A stretch of DNA of 64,000 nucleotides from Mobula hypostoma (taxonomy: Eukaryota). The stretch is from NCBI RefSeq assembly GCF_963921235.1, contig NC_086097.1, positions 62,374,001-62,438,000 on the forward strand, read 5' to 3'. Position numbers and translations under genes: made by a program. Below the pieces are notes generated by a model. That model made no database searches. It had not been told where the DNA came from and saw only the letters and a list, made by a program, of their open reading frames with translations. This document shows, piece after piece, positions 1-11,227 of the stretch; within the stretch, counting starts at the first letter, position 1, and each line of letters begins with the position of its first letter.

Positions 1-470
1 ATTCCTCATCCACACATTCACCTGCCAAATCATTCTATTCTTAATCTCACTGCTGCTTTTCACTGGCAGCAATCCAGAGATTACTACCCTGGAGCTCCTG
101 CTTTTCAGCTTTATACCTAACTCCCTACATTATCTCTGCAGTACCTCTTCTCATTTCCTACCTATGTCATTGGTATCAAAATGTACCACTGCTCTGGCTG
201 CTCACCTCCCTTTTAAAAGCTGTGACCCTGATCCAAGACATTCCTGCCCTGGCATCTGGGAGGCAACATATGTTCCAGGTGCCTCTTTCACATTTGCAGA
301 ATCTGTTTTCTGTTCTTCTAATAATGAAATTTCCAACCACTACTGCATTACTCCTTCCCCCCACCCCCCACCACCCCTCCCTTCTGGGCCAGACAGCCAG
401 ACTCAGTGCCAGAGACCTCCCCTCTGCAGCTTCTTCCTGGTAGGTTGTTCCCCCAACAGTATCCAATGAC
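1..470 (-). mobile_element. CR1 LINE ORF1 remnant (SGNH/GDSL esterase-like domain), decayed
   Basis: ORF 176..466(-) contains NAVVVGNFIIRRTENRFC...ICCLPDAR, matching the CR1 ORF1 motif VVGDSIVRGTDRRFC...VCCLPGAR seen more intact at 32720-32825. Confidence 0.75.
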
Positions 471-489
471 TCCCAACTAGAAAAGGCTC

Positions 490-2036
490 CCAGATAAGAC
501 CCTGGGGCCTGATGGAATATTCCCCAGGCTGCTCCAGGAGGCGAGGGAAGAGATTGCTGAGCCTCTGGCTAGGGTCTTTATGTACTCGTTGTCTACGGGA
601 ATGGTACTGGAGGATTGCAGGGAGGCGAATGTTGTCCCCTTGTTCAAAAAAGGTAGTAGGGATAGTCCGGGTAATTATAGACCAGTGAGCCTTACGTCTG
701 TAGTGGGAAAGCTGTTGGAAAAGATTCTTAGAGATAGGATCTATGGGCATTTAGAGAATCATGGTCTGATCAGGGACAGTTAGCATGGCTTTGTGAAGGG
801 CAGATCGTGTCTAACAAGCCTGATAGAGTTCTTTGAGGAGCTGACTAGGCATATAGATGAGGGTAGTGCAGTGGATGTGATCTACATGGATTTTAATAAG
901 GCACTTGACAAGGTTCCACACGGTAGGCTTATTCAGAAAGTCAGAAGGCATGGGATCCAGGGAAGTTTGGCCAGGTGGATTCAGAATTGGCTTGCCTGCA
1001 GAAGGCAGAGTGTGGTGGTGGAGGGAGTACATTCGGATTGGAGAGTTGTAGCTAGTGGTGTCCCACAAGGATCAGTTCTGTGACCTCTACTTTTCGTGAT
1101 TTTTATTAATGTCCTGGATGTGGGGGTAGAACAGTGGGTTGACAAGTTTGCAGACAACACAAAGGTTGGTGGTGTAGATAGTGTAGAGGATTGTCGAAGA
1201 TTCCAGAGAGACATTGATAGGATGAAGAAGTGGGCTGAGAAGTGGCAGATGGCGTTCAACCCGAAGAAGTGTGAGGTGGTACACTTTGGAAGGACAAACT
1301 CCGAGGCAGAGTACAAAGTAAATGGCAGGATACTTGGTAGTGTTGAGGAGCTGAGGTATCTGTGGCTGCATGTCCACAGATCCCTGAAAGTTGCCTCACA
1401 GGTAGATAGGGTAGTTAAGAAAGCTTGTGGGGTGTTATCTTTCATAAATTGAGGGATAGAGTCTAAGAGTGGCGAGGTAATGATGCAGCTCTATAAAACT
1501 CTGGTTAGCCCACACTTGGAGTACTGTGTCCAGTTCTGGTCACCTCACTATAGGAAGGATGTGGAAGCATTGGAAAGGGTACGGGGGAGATTTACCAGGA
1601 TGCTGTCTGGTTTAGGGAGTATGGATTATAATTAGAGATTAAGGGAGCTAGGGCTTTACTCTTTGGAGAGAAGGAGGATGAGAGGAGATATGATAGAGGT
1701 ATACAAGATAGTAAGAGGAATAGACAGAGTGGATAGCCAGCGCCTCTTCCCCAGGGCACCACTGCTCAAAACAAGAAAACATGGCTTTAAGGTAAGGGGT
1801 GGGAAGTTCAAGGGGGATATTAGAGGAAGGTTTTTTACTCAGAGAGTGGTTGGTGAGTGGAATGCACTGCCTGAGTCAGTGGTGGAGGCAGATACACTAG
1901 TGAAATTTAAGAGACTGCTAGACAGGTATATGGAGGAATTTAAGGTGGTTATATGGGAGACAGGGTTTGAGGGTTGGAACAACATTGTGGACCAAAGGGC
2001 CTGTACTGTGCTGTACTATTCTATGTTCTATGTTCT
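490..2036 (+). mobile_element. 5'-truncated CR1 LINE, ORF2 reverse transcriptase pseudogene with 3' tail
   Basis: Motifs PGNYRPVSLTSVVGK, YMDFNKALDKVPH, GVPQGSVL and KFADNTK, broken by stops and frameshifts. Ends in (TTCTATG)n at ~2019-2036. Confidence 0.95.
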
Positions 2037-2254
2037 GTTCTTACTCTTTGTTTGCCAGTCAGCCAATCTCTAAGCTGGTATCTTTCCTGTGATTCCATGA
2101 GCTTGTTTAGCATCCTCATGTGTGGCAATTTGTCAAAGGCTTTCTGAAAATCTCAGTAAACAGCATCCATTGACTCTAATGTTTTTAATCCTGCCTGACC
2201 ACAGTTGAAGGAGTTATTTGCGGTCAGATCATCCAGTGACTTCTCACTAGATAC

Positions 2255-2580
2255 CACTAAAAAGGCTACAGAAACAGCTCAGTGCATCACAGGAAAAGCC
2301 AGCTCCATCATTGAGTGTATTTATCTGGAGCATCGCTGCAAGAAAGCAGAATCCATCATCAGGGACCACCACCATTCAGGCCATATTCCCTTCTTGCTGT
2401 TACCATTGGGTAAGAAGTTCAGGAGCCTGAAGTCCACACCACCAGGTTCAAAAATAGTATTACCCTTCAACCATCAAACTTCTAATCTGGCATGAATAAC
2501 TTCACTCACCTCAACTCTAAACTGATTCTACAACATATAAATTCAATTTCAAGGTCTCTACAACTCCTGTTCTCAGTATT
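2255..2580 (+). mobile_element. Rex1/Babar-type LINE 3' fragment
   Basis: TAQCITG...IYLEHRCKKAESIIRDHHHSGH..FLLLPLGKKFRSLK matches the C-terminus of the Rex/Babar copies at 52160-52400 and 56100-56400. Confidence 0.7.
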
Positions 2581-2710
2581 CTATAAGATCTTGGCTGATC
2601 TGACCATGGACTTGTCTCCACCTACATACTTCTTCCCCATAACCCTTAATTCCCCTACTAGGCAAAAATCTACCCAACCTTGTCTTAAATATATTTACTG
2701 AGGTAGCCTC

Positions 2711-3727
2711 TGTAACAATCTGTTATATTGACTCGTGTATGTCTAGGGGAAATCCCGCCCAGCACCTGCTTCAACACTCCTCTCAGGGTCAGTCGCAGCC
2801 CGAATCAATCCCAAACGTCAATCATCAGCCAGCACACCTAGTAAATTTTAACAAATACACTTCATAGATATTACTAATTCTATGACATTAATATGAATTT
2901 GATACAGAGAGGAAAGTAATGAAAAAAAATGCGCCAACACTTATCAAAGTCCAAGTTCTTCGCGCGCTACCATTGGAGCTCAATCGATTCCGAACGACCA
3001 CCCGGATCCTGTCGACTCACGGCTCGGGACCACCCAGTGTGATCGACCGGAGCCTCTCCGCACGTCCGCTGTCCTCCCCGTCTCTCCTCCGACTCCCCGC
3101 CAAAAACCCCGTCCACCATCCTCCCCTTCTCTCCTCCGACTCCCCATCTCTCCTCCGACTCCTCCCAAAAACCCCGTCCACGGTCCTCTTCGTCTCTCCT
3201 CCAACTCCCCGTCTCTCCACCGACGCCCCCCAAAAACCCCGTCCACCGTCCTCCCCGTCTCTTCTCCGACTCCCCGCCAAAACCTCGTCCACTGTCCTCC
3301 CCGTCTCTCCTCCGACTCCCCGCCAAAACCCCGTCCACCGTCCTCCCCGTCTCTCCTCCGACTCCCCGCCAAAAGCCCCCGCACGTCTGCCGTCCTCCCC
3401 GTCTCTCCTCTGACTCCCCCCAAAAACCCCGTCCACCGTCCTCCTCGTCTCTCCTCCAACTCCCCCCAAAAACCCCGTCCACCATCCTCCCCGTCTCTCC
3501 TCCAACTCCCCGCCAAAACTCAATCCACAGTCGTATCATACAGCACGGTATCCGAAAACAAAACGATACATAACCACCCATTGGCTAATCGAACGCTGCT
3601 ATCTCACTTCAAAGTAATACAAACTGCTAGCGCAAACTCTCTTCAGTGTTTAACACAACAAAGCCGCATTCCCCAGATTAACATAAAGTCGCCATTTTAA
3701 CTCTAACAAAAAGAAAGACCCCGTACA
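2711..3727 (-). repeat. 3' LTR of the PNMA-like Gypsy element (1017 bp)
   Basis: Direct repeat of 6717-9025 outside the minisatellite, with TG...CA ends; preceded on the minus strand by the PPT. Confidence 0.95.
3062..3515. repeat. C/T-rich minisatellite inside the 3' LTR (core ~20-bp unit CCCCGTCTCTCCTCCGACTC)
   Basis: Visible tandem units interspersed with CCAAAAACCCCGTCCACCGTCCT. Confidence 0.9.
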
Positions 3728-3740
3728 CTCTCCCCCCACC
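3728..3740 (-). promoter_or_regulatory. Polypurine tract
   Basis: Minus strand reads GGTGGGGGGAGAG immediately before TGTACGG, the start of the 3' LTR. Confidence 0.85.
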
Positions 3741-3869
3741 ACAAAAAGTCATGCCCTCATGACGTTACCATAGTTCACCAGTGCTCTTTGTAAAACACAA
3801 AACCCAACCCAAGTGCATAAAGCAGTGACATAACTTTCCAGGGCAGTAGAGATCACACCCTGCTGTCCC

Positions 3870-4410
3870 AGCACTATATAAGTTAGTCTTTCCGGGGGAT
3901 GCCTACTCCTTTGAGTCCTCTGGACTTCCTCTGCTGACTCTCCCTGTTCAGACACCCCAGGTGACCCTCCACCCCCCCGGCCTATCTGACGAACCTTCCC
4001 CGTCACCGGGACCCCTGTGCCCCTGTGAACCCTCTGGCTCGGGTTCTGGCTCCACCCTCTCCTCTCCCAATTCCGGCTGTACTACACCCTCCCTCGGTTC
4101 CCCTAACTCAGTGATGGAAGGGCCAGGAGTCTCTTCTCCTGGCACTGAGGAATCAGCGAACGGAAGCAGGTACCACACGTCCGAATCATCATCTTCCGAT
4201 GACGTATCCCTTCTCGAGGTGGGGACCGGCCCCATCTCCTTCGCAGCAGGCTCTTCCCTCACCCCGCACCCTCGCAGAGTCCTCGTACTAGGCATAAACT
4301 CCCATTCGGGCTCTGGGTCCATCTTCACCTCTCGACCCAGAGGCAACAGGTGGTTCCGATGGAGTACCTTGACAGGCCCCTGCCCGTCCTCAGGTCTCAC
4401 CCGGTAAACC
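3870..4410 (-). pseudogene. pol: Gypsy integrase C-terminal remnant and acidic pol tail
   Basis: PVYRVRPEDGQGPVKVLHRNHLLPL, then an acidic low-complexity tail and a terminal QRTQRSRHPPERLTY motif typical of Gypsy pol ends. Confidence 0.8.
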
Positions 4411-4511
4411 GGGGAATCTGGGGGTCCCCATCACTAATGCCGCCTCCCCTGGCCGTATCACCTTAGGCCTGGCCTGAGTGCACCACACCGTCCCTCGTTT
4501 GCACTCAGGAT

Positions 4512-5060
4512 CTAGCCCCTGGGGTCACTCACTCCTTTGTACACCGCTCGGAACACGGGGTGTACTGAGAGGGTCTTCAGAAAGTTCTCCCCCGCCGCCT
4601 TCTTATAGGCTCCCAAGAGCCGTCGCGCCAGAGGGGAGTTAGTCCCCACTAGCAGGGCAGCACCACTGGTCTCCACCGGGTCCAGACAGACCAACACCAG
4701 CGTCTCAAAGGCTTCCGACACTCCCACATCTCCCTCTGAAAATTCCAATCTCACTGACAAGTATCCATCGTACGGGTAATCACCATCACTTATGCCCCAA
4801 ATCTCCAATGCGTTAAACGGAGTTACTGGCAAATGCTTCAGATATTTGTTGTAGAACAACCGGTACAGTAAGGTAACCTGCAATCCAGTGTCAAGGATGG
4901 CTTTCACAAAGATTCCCTCTATCCGTAGGGACACGCTGGAACGGGGTCCCACCAATCCATCAGGAATTTGGGCTTGTTCTTTCTGGGGTTCCATAGTGGG
5001 TTTCTGGGAACGTGTTCCTCCCAAGACTCCAGTCCGTTCCCTCACTGAGCCTCTCCTAAG
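4512..5060 (-). pseudogene. pol: Retropepsin-type aspartic protease, in the -1 frame relative to gag
   Basis: VSLRIEGIFVKAILDTGLQVTLL contains the catalytic DTG; downstream ALLVGTN. Ends at a TAG at 4512 shortly before the pol deletion. Confidence 0.9.
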
Positions 5061-5066
5061 TTTCCC
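5006..5066 (-). promoter_or_regulatory. Programmed -1 ribosomal frameshift signal (G GGA AAC plus predicted H-type pseudoknot)
   Basis: Slippery heptamer at 5066-5060 is in gag phase, followed by a 6-nt spacer. Stem 1 GAGGCUCAG/CUGGAGUCUU, stem 2 GGGAACG/CGUUCCC. A -1 slip enters the protease ORF. Confidence 0.8.
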
Positions 5067-6645
5067 GACACCTCTCCCTTCTTGGTGTCCCGGGGGCCCT
5101 CCCCCCTCGGAGCATCTCGTCTCTCACAATCCCTCGGCAAGTGGCCAGCTTCCCCACAGCGGTAGCACGCCCCCAGCCACTCACATTCCCGGCAGAAATG
5201 CCCCTCTCTCCCAGAGTTATAGCACCTACTACCCACCGCCTCTCTCCTCCCGATACGGCCCCCCGGGGACCCCTTGGATTTCTCTGATCTCACCCCGGCT
5301 ACCACCTCCTGAACCGCTGAAGACCGTCCCCAGGGGTCCGAGCCCCCTGGTCGGCCCGAAGCACTCTCCTCGGCCTGTACCTCTCGGATCAGCTGTCCGA
5401 ATGATGGAGGGGGGTTCCACTTAAATGACTGCCGTACACTCCAAGCCACCCTGTCATCCTCCCGGGAACCGCTACATATCTGGCTCATCCTTAACTCTGC
5501 CACTTCATCCGCCCTCACTACCCCTCGTCGCCGCAGCCCCGTAAGCTTCCCTTCCAGCCTGAAAGCATAGTCTGAGAGCTTTTCCCCTCTTCTCTGCCGA
5601 TCCGTTGAAACTCTGCTACATGTTGCAAGGGATCTCCTGACAGTCCAAACACTTCCTCCAAAGCGTCCAAACACTCCGATAGGGAAGCTGAAGGGCATTC
5701 CGCTCTCAAATCACGGACCACACGGGACGCCCCGCCCCTTAAGCTTTCCACCAATCGCTGTCTCTTTTCCTCATCCAAAACTGGCCACACCTCTAACAAC
5801 TGGGGAAGCCTTTTAGGACCGAGATTAGGAAAAACTTCTTCACACAGAGAGTGGTGAATCTGTGGAATTCTCTGCCACAGCAAACTGTTGAGGCCAGTTC
5901 ATTGGCTATGTTTAAGAGGGAGTTAGATATGGCCCTTGTGGCTACAGGGGTCAGGGGGTATGGAGGGAAGGCTGGGGCGGGGTTCTGAGTTGGATGATCA
6001 GCCATGATCATAATAAATGGCGGTGCAGGCTCGAAGGGCCGAATGGCCTACTCCTGCACCTATTTTCTATGTTTCTATGTTTCTATGTAACTGGGATGTA
6101 TCCTCAACCCAGGTCTCATATTCATCCTCCCCTTCCGGGGTGGGCCTGGCTCCCGAGAAAATTCTCAGCTTCGGACGGGGCCCCTCAACCCTTCTCGCCA
6201 GGGAGGTAATGGCAGCTGCTAACTCAGAGGTCTCAGCCCTAACTGGGGGACGGGGCCTGGCCAAGCCTTCCCACTCCACACCTCCAGCCCTGGCTACTGG
6301 CACCTTCCCTGGGGCCTCATCTAGCTCCTCCTCCGACACCTCCTCACTTTCGTCCTCCGGGAGGGTGTGGAGACCCCACGGCCCTGCCTCCCCCTGGACA
6401 TGGACTGTCGCTGGTAGTTCCAAAGTAATGACGTCGACACTCGTCCGCACCAACATCCAGCTGGACTCCAGTTCTTTCCCACACCTTCTAGCTATAAGTT
6501 CTACCTGCCCGATACCTTTAATCAGACTCAACCCTCGCACCAGTATATCTGCCGGAATGCGATAATCGACCCCACTTAACACGCACGCATGATTCACCGG
6601 TACCTCTACCAATTCACACCAATTTACAATCTTATCTCGATCCAT
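5042..6645 (-). pseudogene. gag: PNMA (paraneoplastic Ma)-like Gag with two zinc knuckles, interrupted by a CR1 insertion and one frameshift
   Basis: ATG at 6645: MDRDKIVNWC...; KLRIFSGARPTPEGEDEYETWVEDTSQL/LEVWPVLDEEKRQRLVESLRGGA; QRRGEKLSDYAFRLE; CYNSGREGHFCREC (degenerate) and CYRCGEAGHLPRDC. Frameshift near 5600. Confidence 0.9.
5805..6088 (+). mobile_element. Young CR1 3' end (284 bp) inserted in gag
   Basis: About 4 mismatches to 43500-43783. (TTTCTATG)n tail. Duplicated AACTGGG at 5798-5804 and 6089-6095. Confidence 0.95.
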
Positions 6646-6694
6646 CTTCACACCACTTAATGCGACGACTATTACAGCTTTACCGAAAATCCAA

Positions 6695-6714
6695 ATCCAG
6701 GACAGTAGCCCCCA
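6695..6714 (-). promoter_or_regulatory. Primer-binding site, tRNA-Pro-like
   Basis: Minus strand reads TGGGGGCTACTGTCCTGGAT 2 nt after the 5' LTR, against the canonical tRNA-Pro PBS TGGGGGCTCGTCCGGGAT. Confidence 0.7.
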
Positions 6715-6716
6715 CC

Positions 6717-9025
6717 TGTAACGTTCCGTTATATTGGCTCGTATATGTCTAGGGGAAATCCTGCCCAGCACCTGTCTCAACACTCCCCACAGGGTCAGTC
6801 GCCACCCGAATCAATCCCAAACATCAATCATCAGCCAGCGCACCCAGTAAATTTTAACAAGTACACTTTACAGATGTTACTAATTCTATGACAGTAATAT
6901 AAATTTGATGCAGAAAGGAAAGTAATGGAAAAAAACGGCGTCAACACTTATCAAAGTCCAAGTTCTTCGTGCGCTACCGTTGGAGCTCAATCGATTCCTG
7001 ATGACCACCCGGATCCTGTTGACTCACGGCTCAGGACCACCCAGAGCGATCGACCGGAGCCTCTCCGCACGTCCGCCATCCTCCTCGTCTCTCCTCCGAC
7101 TCGCCCCCAAAAACCCCCGTCCGCCATCCTCCTCATCTCTCCTCCGACTCCCCGTCAAAACCCCATCCACCGTCCTCCTCGTCTCTCCTCCGACTCCCCA
7201 CCAAAACCACGTCCACTGTCCTCCTCGTTTCTCCTCCAACTCCCCGTCTCTCCTCCGACTCCCCGTCTCTCCACCGTCCTCCTCGTCTCTCCTCCAGCTC
7301 CCTGTCTCTCCTCCGACCTCCTCGTCTCTCCTCCGACTCCCCGTCTCTCCTCCGACTCCCCGTCTCTCCACCGTCCTCCCCGTCTCTCCTCCAACTCTCC
7401 ATCTCTCCTCCTACTCCCCGTCTCTCCACCATCCCCCTTGTCTCTCCTCCGACTCCCCGACTCTCCTCCGACTCCCTGTCTCTCTTCCGACTCCCTGTAT
7501 CTCCACCGTCCTCCTCGTCTCTCCTCTGACTCCTCGTCTCTCCTCTGACTCCCCATCTCTCCTCCGACTCCCCCCCAAAAACCCTATCTACCGTCTTCCT
7601 CGTCTCTCCTCCAACTCCCCGTCTCTCCTCCGACTCCCTGTCTCTCCTCCGACTCCTCGTCTCTCCTCCAACTCCCCGTCTCTCCTCCGACTCCCTGTCT
7701 CTCCTCCGACTCCCCGTCTCTCCTCCGACTCCCCGTCTCTCCACCGTCCTCCTCGTCTCTCCTCCAGCTCCCTGTCTCTCCTCCGACCTCCTCGTCTCTC
7801 CTCCGACTCCCCGTCTCTCCTCCGACTCCCCGTCTCTCCACCGTCCTCCCCGTCTCTCCTCCAACTCTCCATCTCTCCTCCTACTCCCCGTCTCTCCACC
7901 ATCCCCCTTGTCTCTCCTCCGACTCCCCGACTCTCCTCCGACTCCCTGTCTCTCTTCCGACTCCCTGTATCTCCACCGTCCTCCTCGTCTCTCCTCTGAC
8001 TCCTCGTCTCTCCTCTGACTCCCCATCTCTCCTCCGACTCCCCCCCAAAAACCCTATCTACCGTCTTCCTCGTCTCTCCTCCAACTCCCCGTCTCTCCTC
8101 CGACTCCCTGTCTCTCCTCCGACTCCTCGTCTCTCCTCCAACTCCCCATCTCTCCTCCGACTCCCCCCCAAAAACCCCGTCCACCGTCCTCCTCGTCTCT
8201 CCTCCGACTCCCCGTCTCTCCTCCTACTCCCCGTGTCTCCACTGTCCTCCTCGTCTCTCCTCTGACTCCCCGTCTCTCCACCGTCCTCCTCGTCTCTCCT
8301 CTGACTCCCCGTCTCTCCTCCGACTCCCTGACTCTCCTCCGACTCTCTGTCTCTCCTCCGACTCCCTGTATCTCCACCGTCCTCCTCGTCTCTCCTCTGA
8401 CTCCTCGTCTCTCCTCTGACTCCCCATCTCTCCTCCGACTCCCCCCCAAAAACCCCGTCCACCGTCCTCGTCTCTCCTTCGACTCCCCGTCTCTCCACCG
8501 TCCTCCTCGTCTCTCCTCCGACTCCCCCCCAAAAACCCCATCCACCGTCCTCCTCGTCTCTCCTCCGACTCCCTGTCTCTCCCCCAACTCCCTGTCTCTC
8601 CTCCGACTCCTCGTCTCTCCTCCAACTCCCCATCTCTCCTCCGACTCCCCCCCAAAAACCCTGTCCACCGTCCTCCTCGTCTCTCCTCCAACTCCCCGTC
8701 TCTCCACCATCCTCCTCGTCTCTCCTCCGACTCCCCGTCTCTCCTCCAACTCCGTCTCTCCTCTGACTCCCTGTCTTTCCACCATCCTCCCTGTCTCTCC
8801 TCCGACTCCCACAGTCAATCCACAGTCATATCATACGGCATGGTATCCGTAAACAAAACGATACATAACCACCCATTGGCTAATAGAACGCTGCTATCTC
8901 ACTTTAAAGTAAAACAAACTGCTAGCACAAAATCTCTTCAACGTTTAACACAACAAAGCCGCATTCCCCAGATTAACCTAACAAAGTCGCCATTTTAACT
9001 CTAACAAAAAGAAAGACCCCGTACA
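6717..9025 (-). repeat. 5' LTR of the PNMA-like Gypsy element (2309 bp, expanded)
   Basis: Same unique flanks as 2711-3727; the extra length lies in the minisatellite. Confidence 0.95.
7068..8810. repeat. Expanded C/T-rich minisatellite (~1.75 kb) with a 470-bp higher-order duplication
   Basis: Tandem ~20-bp units; identical blocks are offset by 470 bp (for example 7552 and 8022). Confidence 0.92.
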
Positions 9026-9419
9026 CCTCCACTGCTTCATTGGGCAGAGAACTCCACAGATTCACTACTCTCTGGGAAAAGCAGTTCCTCCTCATCTCTG
9101 TCTTAAATCTACTCCCCCGAATATTGAGGTTATGTCCCTTAGTTCTAGTCTCACTTACCAGTGGAAATGACTTTCCTGCCTCAATCTTATCTATCTCTTT
9201 CATAATTTTACATCTTTCTATAAAATCTCCTCTCATTCTTCTGAATTCCAGTGAGTACAGTCCCAGGTGACTCAATCTCTCCTCATAATCTAACCCCCTC
9301 TAACCCCCTGTATGTATGTGTCTGTGTATGTATGTAGTGTGTGTGTGTCCCAAAGTAGCATATTGTGACATATATGTATGTACTTTTATAATAAATTTAT
9401 TTTGAATTTGATTTTCTCA

Positions 9420-10030
9420 CATCTGATTTTAGCTTTTCCATCTCAAACTGCAGTGTGAATTCTATCATATTATGATCTCTGTTCCCTAAGGGTTCCTTTA
9501 CCTTATGTTCCCCAATCCAGTCTGGATCATTACTCAACACCCACTTTAGAATTGCCTTTTTTCTCTAGGGGGCTTGACCATGAACTGCTCTAAAAGGACG
9601 TCTCATAGAAACTCAACAAGTTTCTTCTGTTAGAATCCAGAGCAAACCTGGTTTTCCCTATCTGAATGTATATTAATATCCCCCATGACGATCATAATAT
9701 TACTGTTTTTTATGTTTTTTTCTATCTCCCATTTTAATTTTTACCTCACATGCTGGCTGCTGCATGGAGCTGTATTTAGCTTCCATCAGGTTTTTTTTTA
9801 ACCTTGCAGTTTTTGAACTTCCCCTACAAGGATTCAACACCTTCTGATCCTATGTTACCTGTGTCCAAGAATGTAATTTCATTCTTTACCAACAAAACTG
9901 TCCCATCACCCTCTTCCTATCTGCATGTTATTTTGATACGATGTGTATCACTAGATATTAAGCTCCTAACCATGATGCCCACATCGTCATATCTCCCAAT
10001 GTCTAACTGCGCTACAAGGTCATTTTCATG
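9420..10030 (-). mobile_element. CR1 ORF2 endonuclease-domain remnant
   Basis: Minus strand encodes NDLVAQLDIGRYDDVGIM and EPLGNRDHNMIEF (SDH motif), decayed. Confidence 0.7.
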
Positions 10031-11227
10031 ATGTCCCGCACTCCTCTGAGTGTATGTATTAAATGTGTCCAGTTTCTGTGCGGTTGTAGTTATTGCAGTA
10101 AATAGAATATATCTGCTCTCCATCTCTGGATGGCTTACAATTAGCAATGAGCCTTAGAGAAGTTAAAATACAAGAAGGAGGAAAGGAGGAAATGCTTTTG
10201 CAATTTTAAAAGCATCATTATCTCGGGGATTCTGTGAAAATTCTTCGGTAGCAATGAAAATACAATAGAAAGTAGGCTTTGAAAATTCAACCTCCCAGCC
10301 CAGGCCCTGTAAGTCATTTTATGCAGGACTCTGGGGCCAGATCAAAGAATGAGAGACAAATGTATTCGTTTGCTGGAGAGTAGAGCTAGTTCTCAAAGTG
10401 GATTGGATTGGTCTTTAAAGTTAAATTAAGGCAAGAAAGACACTGCAAGTCTTCAGTTAATAGAACAGGCTCAGAATAAAAGTTCCAACACACAAGTCGG
10501 GCTGGAATAGTGAAGTTTGTCATTGTCAGTAAAGCTTTAACAATGATTCATGATGGACAAAAAGAAATGGTGATTCAAATTCAAACAAACTTCATTGAGA
10601 GCTTAGAGATGGGAAACAAGTGTATGAGTCATTCACACCTTCAGTGGAGAAGATGGAGATGCTGTTCAAGGTAAATTACATTCTTGAGGTGGAAGTTAGT
10701 ACTAAAATGGTATTCATACTGAATGCTGCAGCGAAGGTTGGAAAGAAAGCAATACCTCCAACTCTCCAACTGAAATTGACTCCTAAGTGGGTCACCCACT
10801 CATTGAATCAGTAGCTCCGCAGGAAGCTAAAGAAATTTCACAAGCAGAGTTATTTGAAGGGTTGGAAGAAAACTTCAACAACAACCATTTGGGACAGCAC
10901 ACTTAAAGCCAGCACATGCATTCACAAGCTGGGCACGACTATACCAGATTTCACTGAAATGATTAAAGTCCAACAAAAATATTCCAAACTTCCGGGTTTC
11001 TTGTTTCTGTTTTGACTTTGGACCATATGCTCAGAGATAAACTTGTTTTTTCTAAAGAATGAAAGGATCTAATTGATGTTGTTAGGCATAAAAAAGCCTT
11101 ATATTTGATTTAGCATGAAGAGTTGTGGCTTTCATGGAAATAGTACCTATGAGTACCAATTATTTCGATCTTGTGCCAGCCAGAGATATAATGGCAGTCA
11201 AGTATCCATGAACCAGTTCCAAAGACA

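Larger units (their letters stand above)
2711..9025 (-). mobile_element. Ty3/Gypsy LTR retrotransposon with PNMA-like gag, internally deleted (non-autonomous)
   Basis: Two LTRs (2711-3727, 6717-9025), each TGTAAC...GTACA on +. 4-bp TSD CCTC at 2707-2710 and 9026-9029. PBS and PPT lie in minus orientation. Gag, protease and integrase C-terminus are present; RT, RNase H and integrase core are absent. Confidence 0.95.
2582..9300 (-). mobile_element. Old CR1 3' fragment split into 2582-2710 and 9030-9300 by the Gypsy insertion
   Basis: Removing 2711-9029 rejoins gaggtagcctc/cactgcttcattgggcag into continuous CR1 sequence (LGLYSLEFRRMRGD...FSQRVVNLW on the minus strand). Confidence 0.85.

Noticed and set aside
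7068..8810. Regularly spaced repeats resembling a CRISPR array
   Set aside because: No unique spacers, no cas genes and a eukaryotic context; it is a tandem minisatellite.
6925..8818. Many long ORFs on both strands (SPPTPRLSS-, RRRDGE-rich; also 2919-3581)
   Set aside because: They are translations of the LTR minisatellite, which has few stop codons; not genes.
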